A stretch of DNA of 64,000 bases from positions 1,182,361 to 1,246,360 of the forward strand of contig NW_003314319.1 in assembly GCF_000143415.4 (NCBI RefSeq). Direction: 5' to 3'. The number at the start of each line of letters is the position of its first letter. The first letter of the stretch is position 1. The translations under genes were made by a program, and so were the position numbers. Below, in pieces: positions 13,897 through 26,539 of the stretch. The DNA comes from Selaginella moellendorffii. Taxonomy: Eukaryota; Plantae; Lycopodiophyta. Below the pieces are notes generated by a model. It had not been told where the DNA came from. It searched no databases and worked only from the letters and a program-made list of their open reading frames with translations.

Positions 13897-15562
13897 TGTA
13901 AGCGACTAATTTTTCCATTCTACTTTAGTCACTTAACCACACCTCCGACCACTTGGAGGAATCTCATTCACAACCTCCATAAGTCCAATTTAGGACTTGG
14001 GACTTGCTAGCCCCGAGAAGGGCATCCATGCCACTCCACATTTGCACTTGGTCCAAGTGCTCCACGTGTCCGATCCCATGACCGACACTCAAAGGTACCA
14101 CCGACATGGCAGCTTGTTATGCTAAGGCCATGCCCAATCACCTTTGCCACACTGGTAGTCCAATACCACTTGCATCACAGTCTTGGCTCTCCAAGACTAG
14201 GCAAACCATCCGTGAGTGGTCATCTCAAATCCACTCCTTAGCATCCTCATGATGCCCACTGACAAGGGGAATATCCTTCCCCAATATCCCTCTGTCAGTC
14301 TCCACTAAGTCCCTTTCTACCCCTGGCCGTGTTTGCCAACACTGCCACTGGATCGAGGCCCACAGGCCCGACCACTAAGTCCCACGATCCTCTGGGACTT
14401 CCTCACCACATGACTGTGTCCTTGGTCACTACCTCAGAGGACTGCTCCTCTTCCTTTCCACAGTCTGGGCCTTTGGGACAACATTTCGGAACACCGTGGC
14501 CTTACGCGAGCCACCTGGGTACTCTCCCCGCCTTCCGCCCTTGGGTGCTCTAGCCATGGGCTTAGAGCGAGGTTCCATTGAGCCACGCCTGGTATCCATG
14601 TAGGTAGTGCCACCCACACTTGGATTGGGAGCATCGGCCAGTCGATCTCCCGGGGGAACTAGAGCCGGCTCTTGAACACTTCACCAAGCTACCCCGCTTG
14701 TCAGTCCGTGTTCACTCTAGTCTTGGACTTCCCAGTGGTCAGCTCATCACCCAACACTGGGTCTAGCCTTCCTGGGCCAAACTGGCCTTTCCTGGCCAAA
14801 CTGGCTCCACTGGGCTCCAACCCCCACACTCTCAATACTATACTTTTGGAACCCCCCGCAGCCCCCCCCCCCCCCCCCCCNNNNNNNNNNNNNNNNNNNN
14901 NNNNNNNNNNNNNNNNNNNNNNNNNNNNNNNNNNNNNNNNNNNNNNNNNNNNNNNNNNNNNNNNNNNNNNNNNNNNNNNNNNNNNNNNNNNNNNNNNNNN
15001 NNNNNNNNNNNNNNNGCCTCGGTCTCGGTCCCGGTTTCGGTTCCATCTCGGACTCCATCTCGGACTCCATCTCGGGTCCATCTCAGACTCCATCTCGGAC
15101 TCCCTCTCGGACTCCATCTCGGACTCCATCTCTGGTCCATCTCGGACTCCATCTCGGGTCCATCTCGGACTCCATCTCGGACTCCATCTCGGGTCCATCT
15201 CGGACTCCATCTCGGGTCCATCTCGGACTCCATCTCGGACTCCATCTCGGGTCCATCTCGGACTCCATCTCGGGTCCATCTCGGACTCCATCTCGGGTCC
15301 ATCTCGGACTCCATCTCGGGTCCATCTCGGACTCCTCCACGTGTCATGTGTTGGTCCTTTTTGGATCCCTTTTTGGAGCCTCGCCTATGGCTCGCTTCGT
15401 GCTCATTCCTTGAGCACTTCGTTGGGAGTTCCACTCCCGCTCTTGACTTTTCAAGTCGGAGCTTTTGGTCCAAACCTGTTACGCTCGTTTGGCTCTCGCT
15501 TCGGCCACTACCACGTGGCACACTTCCGGCTCCACTTTGGGGCCTAGGGATTGTATCTCACA
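13897..15562 (-). repeat. 5' LTR of copy B
   Basis: Adjacent to PBS GCTCCGATACCA (13882-13893); only ~5 differences from 8018-8435 over the comparable stretch. Confidence 0.92.
14881..15015. other. Assembly gap (N run)
   Basis: Run of N after a poly-C tract in the LTR. Confidence 1.
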
Positions 15563-16404
15563 GAGACGTACTAGGAGTAAACACCCTCTGGACTTGACAA
15601 AGTAAAGTCTCTACTATGGAATTGAAAGGATACCTCGAGAATGGAGGTGGCGATCCTGTGTTGCGTGGTGCAATAATCAAGGATAGGAGCAAAAGACTAG
15701 TGGCTAAGAAAAGGGCCATAGGAATCATGGGATAGAAGCCAAATGGCAAAGTTAGTCCAAGAACACTAATGTGTTGGACGCTAACAGATTATGGGAAGGC
15801 AATGTGTTTCCAAGGATAGGTTCCCAATTGCTCCGATTTGGCGAAGGTGGAAGCTCCAAAGGATGGAGTGGTAAAGTAGCCAAATGATAGGGCTATGGAC
15901 AACCATAGCACGAATTACAATAACTGGAACTTAGTGCCAAAGGTGGCACAAAATCGAAGAGAGGATGATGTTGCCCTCAAGTAGAGAACTTCTTAGGATG
16001 GGGAAGTGGAGTTGCACAATATGTGCAATGCAAAGTGTCGAAGACACCTAAGAAATTGACTTCGAGAAGTCAGAATTAAAAGTTCCAAAGTGCGAGGTTA
16101 TATCGATGGAAAGTGAGACCACTCGAGAATGAGTAGTGGGATTGAGTTAGAAAAGGTGTCTCTAACAGGTTTAGCGAGAACTAAACTAATAAAAGGAGAG
16201 AACCACCACAAGTGGTCGAATGAACCTCTAAGTTGGAGAGGCTATGCCCCTTAGAGGATGGACAAGGCATGGTGAGCCTTTGGTGTCAAACCATAGACAA
16301 ATATTAACTAAGTGCCAAGGATGGGAAGGGTAATACATGTTGGTATTACTTTATCAATTGGTTCATCGTTCAATGAGGACATCGAACTTTGTCTATGGGT
16401 GGTG

Positions 16405-18021
16405 ACAAAATCCATAGGCCCCAAAGTGGAGCCGAAAGGGTGCCACGTGGTAGTGGCCAAAGCGAAAGCCAAACAAGCATAACACGTTTGGACTAAAAGC
16501 TTCGACTTGAAAAGGTCGAGAGTGGGAGTGGAACTCCCAACAAAGTGCTCGAGCAAAAAGCACGAGGCGAGCCATGAGTGAGTCTCTAGAAAAGGAGACA
16601 CAAGAGGACCAAAACATGACACGTAGAAGAGTCCAAGATGGACCTGAGATGGAGTTCGAGATGGAGTCCAAGATGGAGTATAAGATGGACCCGAGATGGA
16701 GTCCAAGATGAACCCGAGATGCAGTCTGAGATGGAGTCTGAGGTGGAGTCCGAGATGGACCCGAGATGGAGTTCAAGATGGAGTCCGAGATGGATCCGAG
16801 ATGGAGTCCGAGATGGACCTGAGATGGAGTCCGAGATGGACCCGAGATGGAGTCCGAGATGGACCCGAGATAGAGTCTGAAGTCGAGACCGAGACCGGGA
16901 CCGAGACCGAGATCTGGACTGAGACCGAGACCGAGGCCAAGGCCGAGACCGAGCCCGAGCCCGAGCCCGAGTCCAAGTCTGAGTCCAAGTCCAAGTCCGA
17001 GTCCAAGTCCGAGTTCGAGTCTGAGAGGGTGAAAGCCCAAAGTGTTCGTCTCCCAGACCCTGGGGGGTTTGGTGAGCTCCAAAAGTATAGTAAAGGGGAG
17101 GACTGCAGTGGAGCCAGTTGGGCCAGGAAAGGCCAATTTGGCCCAAAAAGGCTGTACCCAGTGTTGGGTGATGAGCTGCCCACTGTGAAATCTAAAACTA
17201 GAGTGAACACGGACTGATAAGTGGGGTAGCTTGGTGAAGTGTTCAAGAGCCAGCTCTAGTTCCCCCGGGAGATCGACTGGCTGATGCTCCCAATCCAAGT
17301 GTGGGTGGCACTATCTACTTGGATACCTGGTATGGCTCAACGGAACCTAACTCTAAGCCCATGGCTAGAGCACTTAAAGGCAAAAGGCATGGAGAGTACC
17401 CATGAGACTTGCGTAAGGCCATGGTGTTCCAAAATGTTGTCCCAAAGTCCCAAACGGTGAAAGGGAAGAGGAGTAGTCCTCTAGTGCAGTGACCAAGGAT
17501 ACGATCACATGTTGAAGAAGTCCCAAAGGATAGTGGGACTTAGAGGTTGAGCCTGCGGGCCTTGATCTAGTGGTAGTGTTGGCGAACACGGCCATGGACA
17601 GAAAGGGACTTGGTGGGGACTGGAAAAGAGTTGTCGGGGAAGGTTATTTTTCATGTCTACGGGCATCCTAAGGATGTTAAGGAGTAAATCTGGGATGATC
17701 ACTCACGGACGGATGGCCCAGTCTTTGAGAGACGGGACTATGATGCAAGTGGCGTTAAACCACCGGTGTGACCAAGGTGAATGGGTATGGCTTTAGTGTA
17801 ACAGGCCGATATGTCGGTGGTGCCTTAGGGTGTCAGTCATGGGATCAGACACATGGAGCACTTGGACCAAGTGCAAAGGTTGAGTGGCATGGATGCCATT
17901 CTTGGGGCTAGCAAGCCCGAAGTCCTAACTGGGACTTATGGAAGTTGTGAATGAGACTCCTCCAAGTGGTCGGAGGTGCGGTTAAGTGACTAAAGTAAAA
18001 TGGAAAACTTAGTCGCTTACA
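16405..18021 (+). repeat. 3' LTR of copy A (PPT/LTR junction deleted)
   Basis: Reads TCTATGGGTGGTG|ACAAAATCC; ~12 nt (GAGCTGTGAGAC) missing relative to 51241-51270. Confidence 0.9.
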
Positions 18022-18930
18022 ATATTGCTCCCATTGCAACATCAGAACTCACAGTATAGAAAGGTGTTGGAAGCTTTATCTAGAGCTGTGACCACCACGT
18101 TTTCAATGTGTCCAAGAGCAACCATTCACTGATAATAGCACTATAACACAAGCGAAGGATCGCTACTAAAAATAGCTTGAGCAGCATGCAATCGAGGATG
18201 TACCTTTGTCATCTTCCAACAAAGGAAAATCTCTAATGGGACAAGTCAATGCAATCAGGATCCCAAGGAAGAGTTTGCAAAGACAATAGCCACATGAGCA
18301 CAAAAGAAAAAAACAACTAATCAAGAGAAAATTGATGGCGATCCAACTCCTTCAGCAATCACTAATCCAACACTAAAGGTGGCATGCAAACTCCCATTCA
18401 CGCCTCTCCTTCCCAGATATCTTGCACCTTTCTTTGGTAGGGACTTGGAGTGTGCACTTCAACAATTGATGGAAACATTTGTCACCTTTTTGTGGTGTGA
18501 GCTTTCATGTATGATTCCTAGCTTTAGATAGCATCTAAAGGACTTTACAAGGTCTACTAAAGCCATAGCCTCTTTCCTATTGGATGTGCACATCATTGAC
18601 ATAGCCTCCTTTTCTAATCTAGATGCAATTTTTGCACCTATAGGCTTTGGCGATAGTTCTCCCATCATCAATGCTTTTGTCGATTTTGGATTTGGGAGCA
18701 ATGTGATCTCTTCAGCCACAAGAGCAGGTTTTCAAGTCTCTAGAAGCACAACTTTGATCCTAAAGATGTTTGCAAACTACATTGTTATCCCCACGGGCAT
18801 TTGATGTAGTGTTCGAGTTTACATTAATGGGGTGGAATCTTTTTTGAACTTTGTAGTGGTAAACTACCAAAAGTTCAGCTCCACACCTTTGAAGGACTCC
18901 CTCATCATTGGACAAGTTTGGCATGATTAG
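18022..18930 (+). pseudogene. Decayed gag zinc knuckle and aspartic protease (old Ty3/gypsy element C, right part)
   Basis: CSHCNIRTHSIERC (C-x2-C-x4-H-x4-C) immediately after element A; protease-like INAFVDFGFGSNVIS at ~18665-18710. Confidence 0.7.
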
Positions 18931-18938
18931 GCTTGAGG

Positions 18939-19227
18939 CATTCCTGACTCTCGAGACACTTCCCTATTCCTGACTCTCGAGACACTTCCCTATTCCTGAC
19001 TCTCGAGACACTTCCCGATTCCTGAGTCTCAGGCCACATTCCTGATGATGATGTGGCGCCTCCTCGACCTCAGCTATATTTAGGCTGTCCTCGATCCAAG
19101 AGTGGTGGAGCTTCATCAACCTATAGTATATATAGGTTAGCCTTGTTCCATTTCTCCACAATTTGAATCAACACCAGTCTAAGGTTTCTTCTTTGTTTCC
19201 ACTAGCTTTTCTCTTTGTCTTTTTGCA
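18939..19227 (+). repeat. Truncated 5' LTR of D, with a 26-bp tandem repeat (ATTCCTGACTCTCGAGACACTTCCCT x3)
   Basis: Matches ~23947-24260 but lacks both LTR termini; fused directly to the gag interior. Confidence 0.9.
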
Positions 19228-20152
19228 AATCCAGTCTGAGAATACCCAGGTGAAGGCGACCCTTCTTCGCATGCAGCAGGAGCTTGCTTCACTTTCGGCT
19301 CAAGGATCCAGCAAAGTTCCTGAACCGAAGGTGAGCTTCCCGGCGAAATTTTCAGGCAAGCGTTCGGAGCTTCGCGGATTCCTGAACCAGATGGAGTTGA
19401 TCTTCGCACTTCAACATCGGCGGTACCCTACTCCCGAGTCTCAAATCGGCGCGATTGGGACGTTGCTCGAAGGTGCAGCTTTGTCATGGTTTCCTCCTTT
19501 TCTGGAGAAGAGCGTGAAAGGGGTCGTGGTTCCAGAGCTGATGGGTCTTCAATTGTTCAAAGAGAAGCTCGAAGCATGTTTTGGCAAGACGGATCGGGTT
19601 CGGGCTGCTACCACAAAGATGAGACGTCTCTCTCAGGGGTCTCGTCCTGCTTCGATCTACGCTGCAGAGTTCCAACTCCTTGCTTTGGACACTTAGTGGG
19701 ATGAGCGGGCCCTGATTGACCAATTTCGTTTCGGCCTCAACAACGGTGTCAAGGATTTGTTGCTCACCATGGAGGATCCCAAGGACCTGTTGGATGCCAT
19801 CAACAAAGCTGTTAGATGTGACAATCATCTCTTTGAACGTCGTCAGGAAAGTTGCCGCGCCACTGTTTTTCCGTCCCAGACTCAGGAATCCCAGCTTGAG
19901 TCTTCGGGCCATACTCTTGAACCTACTACTCCGGTTCCAATGGATATTTCTGGTACTCCCCGACTCATTAGAGGGAAGTTGAGTCCTGCTGAGAAGCAAC
20001 CTTGAATATCTCATAATCTTTGCCTCTAGTGTTCTGATCCTAATCACAAAGCAGCTGTATGTCCCAAGAAGCCTCCTCGACTGCTCGAGTTCACTCTGCC
20101 TCAAAGTCCACCTCTATTGCAGTCGGGAAACGACCCTGTCCAAACAGAGTAG
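19228..20152 (+). pseudogene. gag: Gag of D (PEG10/LDOC1-like capsid and CCHC knuckle) with in-frame stops
   Basis: PEPKVSFPAKFSGKRSELRGFL...GAALSWF; PVPMDI; [13 protein letters not shown]. Premature stops at 19694, 20003 and in the knuckle; natural stop TAG at 20150-20152. Confidence 0.9.
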
Positions 20153-20209
20153 GAGCTGTTTGTTTGGACTCCCCAAATAAAAATCACTTTTCTTCTTTAT
20201 CAAGCTCCT
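20125..20209 (+). promoter_or_regulatory. -1 programmed ribosomal frameshift signal (G GGA AAC plus stem-loop/pseudoknot)
   Basis: Heptamer in the gag frame; pol is in the -1 frame; 6-nt spacer. Stem GTCCAAACA (20138-20146)/TGTTTGGAC (20161-20169). Loop AGGAGCT can pair with AGCTCCT (20203-20209). Confidence 0.8.
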
Positions 20210-23200
20210 CACCACCTTTCATCAAAGCCACCACCAATTCCCGCAACTTCCGTGTCCCATGTCTCCTTTCTTTCACCGGACAATCAGGACTCAAGGCTCT
20301 AGCATTACTGGACTCGGGTGCAACTTCCTGCTTCATGGACACGGACTTTGCTGCCCGACATCACGTTCCTCTTTCTCCTACCATACGGGATTTGAGGGTT
20401 GAAGGCATCGGCGGGCATTTTGTGTCTCCATCTTCTGGACTTAGGGAAACGTTGCTTGTTCGAGTACACATCGGGTCCACCGTCACCGATATCGCCTTCA
20501 ACATCATCAACAGCAAGTCCTCCTCTGTGGTGCTCGGTCTTCCATGGTTCCAACTACATCAGCCTCAGATCTGTTGGAAGGAATTACAGCTCATCTCTCC
20601 CACGGCTTCCCCTGCTGTTCATCGAGTCCGAATCAGGAAAAGTTCCCTAAACTCAAATCGGGGTTCTGTTCCTGACTCTATAAAGTTTTCACCCTCTTCT
20701 TTTTCCTCTCTTCCATCTTACACTAGACCGTATCCTCGTCTCATCATTCCATTTAGTCATACACCTCCTCCTATCTCCACAATCACTATGAAAGAACTCC
20801 TTCATGAAGAACCTCTTTTTCTTTTTGCTTTGCATGTTTCTCCTGTCAGTCTTCCTGAGAAGTATCATGATTTTGGGGATGTGTTTGACAAGAAAAAAGC
20901 TAGTGTACTGCCTGTTCATCGGCCTTATGATTGTCCCATTGATTTACAGGAAGGAGCGTCACCTCCGTGGGGGCCTATCTACGGGTTATCCCCGTCCGAG
21001 CTTAAGGCCCTCAAAGAGTATGTGGATGAGAACCTTGCCTCGGGCTACATTCAGCATTCGCAGTTCCCGGCTAGAGCGCCTGTCTTCTTTGTCAAGAAGA
21101 AGGATGGGAGCTTGCGGCTAGTTATTGACTATCGAGGTTTGAACAAGGTGACTGTTCGGAACCGTTATCCGCTGCCCCTGATCTCGGACCTGTTGGAACG
21201 CCTCGGCGGTGCCCGCTTCTTCACCAAGATCGACCTCCGTGGAGCATACAACCTGATCTGGATCCGGCCTGGTGATGAATGGAAGACTGCGTTCCAAACC
21301 CGCTATGGCCACTTCGAGTACACTGTCATGCCATTTGGCTTGACAAATGCTCCAGCAGTTTTCCAACACATGGCTAACGACGTCTTTCGGGAGTTTCTTG
21401 ATCAGATGGTGATCGTCTACCTCGATGACATCCTCATCTACTAAAAAACTCAGGAGGAGCATGACGAGGTGCTAGCGAAGCTGCGAGAACACGGCCTATA
21501 CGCGAAGCTTGAGAAATGTTCCTTTGATCAGCAGTCTGTGGAGTTCCTTGGGTACATTGTCACTCCTGAGGGTATCACGATGGATCCTGCCAAAGTCAAG
21601 ACTATTCTCAAATGGGAGCCTCTACAATCAATGTTGGACGTTCAGGTTTTCCTTGGCTTCGCCAACTTCTACCGCAAATTCATTGATCACTACTCTGACA
21701 TTGTCCTTCCTCTCACACATCTCACTCGCAAGGATGTTCCCTTCTCTTGGTCTGCTGCTGCCCACCAGGCCTTCGACACACTCAAGGCGGCCTTCAGTTC
21801 TGCTCCTGTCTTGATCCATGCTGATTCCTCACAACCTTTCTTCATCGAGGCTGACGCCTCCGACTTTGCCATTGGTGCTGTGCTGTCTCAACTCGGAGCG
21901 GATCACGAACTTCATTTGGTCGCTTTCCATTCTCGGAAATTCCAGCCTGCTGAGATCAATTACGAAATCCACGACAAGGAGCTCCTTGCTATCGTGGATT
22001 CCTTTGGAGAGTGGCGCCATTTCTTGGAGGGGGCGAGCCATCAAACAACAGTCTGGACGGATCACAAAAATCTCGAGTACTTTGCCACTTCCCGAGTTTT
22101 AAGCCGTCGTCAAGCAAGGTGGGCACAATTCCTGAGTCGGTTTGACTTTGTTATCAAGTACAGACCTGGAAAGTTTCAAGGCCTTCCTGATGCTCTTTCA
22201 AGGCGCTCCTATCTCAGTCTCAGGCCTGGTAATCCTGCCTTCGATCAACAGGATCAAGTTATCCTCGGTCCTGATCGGCTTCAAGTTATGGCAATTTCCC
22301 TGGCCCCTCAGGACTCCTCCTTGATGGATGCAATCAGAAACGATCTTCAATCCGATGATCTCGCTAGCGCATCTTCCCCCATCTTCAGGCTGGACACCCA
22401 GTGACTCCCGACTGCCGGCGATTTGACGAGTTCGAGTTCTTAGATGGCTTATTGTACCGTGGGGAGCAGCTTTACGTTCCTGAAGGTGATGCTCGAAGGT
22501 TGGTCCTGATGGCGTGCCATGATAGCCCGACTGCTGGTCACTTCGGCATTGCGAAAACCTATGAGCTAGTTGCACGGGACTTTTGGTGGCCTCACATGGA
22601 CGACTACATCAAAGCTTTTGTTACCTCCTGTGACACTTGTGCCCGGAATAAGGTACCTCGCCACCTTCCTTCAGGTTTGCTTCGTTCCCTTCCGGTCCCT
22701 TCAGGTCCTTGGGAATCCATCTCCATGGATTTCTTGAGTGATCTTCCGAGTTCTGGAGGCTTCAACAGCATTTTAGTCGTGGTGGATCGCTTCACAAAGA
22801 TGGCGCACTTCTTGCCATGTACCAAGGAATTTTCGGGCGAGGACATAGAAAAATTGGTATTCAGGGAAATTTTCCGACTTCATGGGATTCCTACAGATGT
22901 GGTTTCGGATCGGGGGCCTCAGTTCATCTCTCATTTCTGGCAATGGTTTTTGCAGCTGCTTGGAGTGAAGGCCAACCTCTCTTCGGCATATCATCCTCAA
23001 ACTGATGGGCAGTCCGAGCGAACGATTCAGACGTTGGAACAATTTTTGAGGTGCTTCATCAACTATCATCAGGATAACTGGTTCGATATCCTTCCCCTTG
23101 CTGAGTTCTCCTATAATAACTCTGTTCACTCCTCTCTTCGAGTTTCCCCCTTCTTTGCGAACTCTGGCCGAAATCCCCGATTCAATCTCTCACTTCCTTC

Positions 23201-23870
23201 TCCATCTGAATCCTCTCGTTCAAATCCCCGTTCTGAGGCATTTATCTCCAACCTCCAGGAAATCCACAACTCCATCTCCTTCCACCTCCATCGTGCTCAG
23301 GAATCTCATAAAACATTTGCCAATGTCCATCGTCAGGATTGTCCCCCTTACAATATCGGGGATAAAGTCTGGCTCCTTAGGCGAAATATCTCCACCACCA
23401 GGCCCTGTCCAAAACTCGATTTCAAACGCCTTGGTCCTTTCCCTATCACTGCCATCATTAATCCTGTGACTTATCGCCTTGCACTTCCCTCCTCATATCA
23501 AATTCACCCCGTTTTTCACTCCTCTCTCCTTGAGCCTTATATTCCCAGTCCTATTCCAAATCGGGTCATTCCTCCGCCTCCACCAGTGCAGCTCGAGGAT
23601 GGGTCTGAGTACGAGGTTCAGGACATCCTTGATTCCAAGATTTCACGGTCTAAACTCTACTATCTGGTGGACTGGAAGGGTTACGGACCTGAGGAACGCA
23701 CTTGGGAACCTGCGGACAACCTGATTCATTCTCCTGACCTTGTTCAGGACTTCCACCGCCGCTATCCTTCTCGTCCCAGTCCTCATTCTTTTTCTCCATC
23801 TCCCATCCCTCGCCGCTCATCTCATCCTCCTCTTCATTCTCGTTCACATCCTCATTCCACTCGTTCTTGA
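20125..23870 (+). pseudogene. pol: Pol of D: protease, RT, RNase H, integrase, chromodomain (one stop at 21442, one frameshift near 22380)
   Basis: LLDSGAT; YLDD; EADASDFAIGAVL; HHCC zinc finger, DDE core, GPF; EYEVQDILDS...YLVDWKGYGPEERTWEP chromodomain. Confidence 0.95.
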
Positions 23871-23881
23871 GGAGGGGGTGC

Positions 23882-24293
23882 TGTCAGGAATCCCCCAAAT
23901 CTTGCCACATTCCTGACTCTCGCCGGATTCCTAACCTGCAGACCACATTCCTGACTCTCGAGACACTTCCCTATTCCTGACTCTCGAGACACTTCCCTAT
24001 TCCTGACTCTCGAGACACTTCCCTATTCCTGACTCTCAAGACACTTCCCGATTCCTGAGTCTCAGGCCACATTCCTGATGATGATGTGGCGCCTCCTCGA
24101 CCTCAGCTATATTTAGGCCGTCCTCGATCCAAGAGTGGTGGAGCTTCATCAACCTATAGTATATATAGGTTAGCCTTGTTCCATTTCTCCACAATTTGAA
24201 TCAACACCAGTCTAAGGTTTCTTCTTTGTTTCCACTAGCTTTTCTCTTTGTCTTTTTGCATTTCCAGTCTTGATCTTGTCAGGGGTCTTGACA
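23882..24293 (+). repeat. Complete LTR of D (412 bp)
   Basis: TGTCAGGA...TCTTGACA ends; preceded by PPT GAGGAGGGGGTGC; TATA-like TATATATA at 24160. Confidence 0.93.
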
Positions 24294-24295
24294 GT

Positions 24296-24310
24296 TTGAT
24301 TAAAATTGTG
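24296..24310 (+). promoter_or_regulatory. Putative self-priming PBS (Tf1-type)
   Basis: TTGATTAAAATTGTG is 14/15 complementary to LTR 24190-24204 (CACAATTTGAATCAA), which lies ~30 nt downstream of the TATA box. Confidence 0.7.
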
Positions 24311-24699
24311 CTTTTTCGTTTTTTGATTTAGCTCATTTTGATTGTTTGATTACCTTTGCCTTTTTTTCCCCCTTTTTTCTTTCTTCTTGCCAATGGAGTC
24401 TCCAAGCCAGTCTTGATCTTGTCAGGGGTCTTGACATATATAAACTAAGGTTTATGGATTAATTGATATGTACATTTTTTGTATTCTTTTTCATATTCCA
24501 TGCACTCACATTGGTGGAGGTGATGCACATTTTGATTATTCCTAAGGATTGTTTGGATTTGGGATTTTGGTTTATATCTAGGTTTTTCCATTTGTTTTTT
24601 CCCTTCAGGATTTTGGTTTAGATTTAGCTTTTTGCATTGTCTAGATCTTCATTTCCTTCTAGCTTTTGTCATTCCTCTTCTTTCACTCTTTCCTTTTTG

Positions 24700-25436
24700 T
24701 TCATCTTCATAGCAAATCAGCAATCTCCTCCTTTGACTCTAGAGCAGCAGTTGGTATAATTGCTTGATGCTATGTGCTTACAATTGAACAACCAAACTCA
24801 GTTGATAGCGGCATTCATGGCACGTGGTACAACTTCTCCTGCTCTTGGTGCCAATCCTCGCATTCAGCTGGAGTTTTTTCGTGGGAATCCTGGGGATGAT
24901 GTGTACTATTGGTTCAATCACTTCACAGTGATTGCCACATATCATTCTTGGGATGATACTCAATATTTGCATGAGTTTCCCACATGTCTCCAAGGGACGG
25001 CGTTGCAGTGGTACAATGGTTTGAGTGCAGCCACTTGTGGGGATTGGAGTGTTCTCCCGGACGTCTTCAAACACGCATTTGGACATGCAGACGATTGTGA
25101 TGAGGCCATCCAACAATTATATCATCTTCACCAAGGGCCATCTGAGTCGGTGATGCAATTTGGCTTTTGTTTCAGAAGTCTTTTGCTTTGTGCGGAGCCA
25201 AATATGCTAGAGCGGATTAAGCTAGGAATGTTGTGGCCAGCACTTCATCAAGATCTTGTCAGACTTATGCATGCACTTGCTCAGCAACCCTTGACGATGT
25301 TTTTCGCTTGGTACAACATTATGAGACGTCTTCTCGTCCACTTCTCACTGCCCATCCTTCTGCTCCTCTTCCTGTAGGTGATGGTTCTGTTCTAATGGAG
25401 GTTGGTGCTGCTGCTGCTTGAGTCTAAGGACAAGGG
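24700..25436 (+). pseudogene. gag: Decayed gag of E
   Basis: FRGNPGDDVYYWF...LQGTALQWYNGL...LHQGPSESV, a retrotransposon gag pattern. Confidence 0.8.
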
Positions 25437-26504
25437 TGTAAGCGACTAATTTTTCCATTTTACTTTAGTCACTTAACCGCACCTCCGACCCCTTGGAGGA
25501 GTCTCATTCACAACCTCCATAAGTCCCAGTTAGGACTTGGGGTATGCTAGCCCCAAGAATGGCATCTCTGCCACTCAACCTTTGCACTTGGTCCAAGTGC
25601 TCCACGTGTCCGATCCCATGACCGACACCCCAAGGTACCACCGACATATCGGCCCGTTACGCTAATGCCATGTCCATTCACCTTGGTCACATTGGTGGTC
25701 CAACACCACCTGCATTCCAAACCCGTCTCTCAACGACTAGGTCATCCGTCCATGAGGGATCATCCCAGATCCACTCCTTAACATCCTTAGGATGCCTATA
25801 GACAAGGGGAATAGCCTTCCCCAATATCTCCGTTCCGGTCCCCACCAAGTCCCTTTCTGTCCTTGGCCGTGTTCGCCAACACTGCCACTGGATCAAGGCC
25901 CACCGGCCCGACCACTAAGTCCCTCTATCCTCTAGGACTGCTTCACCGCGTGATTGTGTCCTTGGTCACCACACCAGAGGGCTACTCCTCTTTCTTTCCA
26001 CAGCCTGGGACTCTGGGACACCATTTCGGAACACCGTGGCCCTACGCTGGCCTCATGGGTACTCTCCCCGCCTTCCGCCTTTGGGTGCTCTAGCCATGGG
26101 CTTAGAGCAAGGTTTCATTGAGCCACGACAGGTATCCAAGTAGGTAGTGCCACCCACACTTGGACTGGGAGCATCGGCCAGTCGATCTCCCGGGGGAACT
26201 AGAGCCGGCTCTTGAACACTTCACCAAGCTACCCCGCTTGTCGGCTTGTGTTCACTCTAGTCTTGGACTTCCCAGTGGGCAGCTCATCACCCAACACTGG
26301 GTCCGGCCTTCCTGGGCTAAACTGGCCTTTCCTTGCCAAACTGGCTCCACTGCAGTCCTCCCCCTTACTATACTTTTGGAGCTCACCAAACCCCTCAGGG
26401 TCTGGGAGACGAATGCTTTGGGCTTTCACCCTCTCAGACTCGAACTCGGACTCGGACTCGGACTCGGACTCGGACTCGGACTCGGACTCGGACTCGGACT
26501 CGGA

Positions 26505-26539
<35 letters not shown>

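Larger units (their letters stand above)
8018..15562 (-). mobile_element. Family-A LTR element, copy B, nested in A in opposite orientation
   Basis: Perfect TSD GAGAC (8013-8017, 15563-15567). LTRs at 8018-9750 and 13897-15562. PBS 13882-13893. PPT 9751-9767. Confidence 0.95.
3511..18021 (+). mobile_element. Family-A non-autonomous LTR element, copy A (interrupted by B)
   Basis: Termini TGTGAGACAC...GTCGCTTACA. PBS at 5018. Flanks GTATT (3506-3510) and ATATT (18022-18026) form a TSD with one mismatch. Both LTRs share diagnostic variants (CCATAGG, GAGTCTCTAGAAAAGG). Confidence 0.9.
18939..24436 (+). mobile_element. Ty3/gypsy chromovirus (element D; Tf1/sushi/Tcn1-like), rearranged ends
   Basis: Domain order gag-PR-RT-RH-IN-chromodomain. 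Near-identical LTR segments at 18939-19227 and 23882-24293. PPT at 23869-23881. Extra LTR tail at 24407-24436. Confidence 0.95.
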
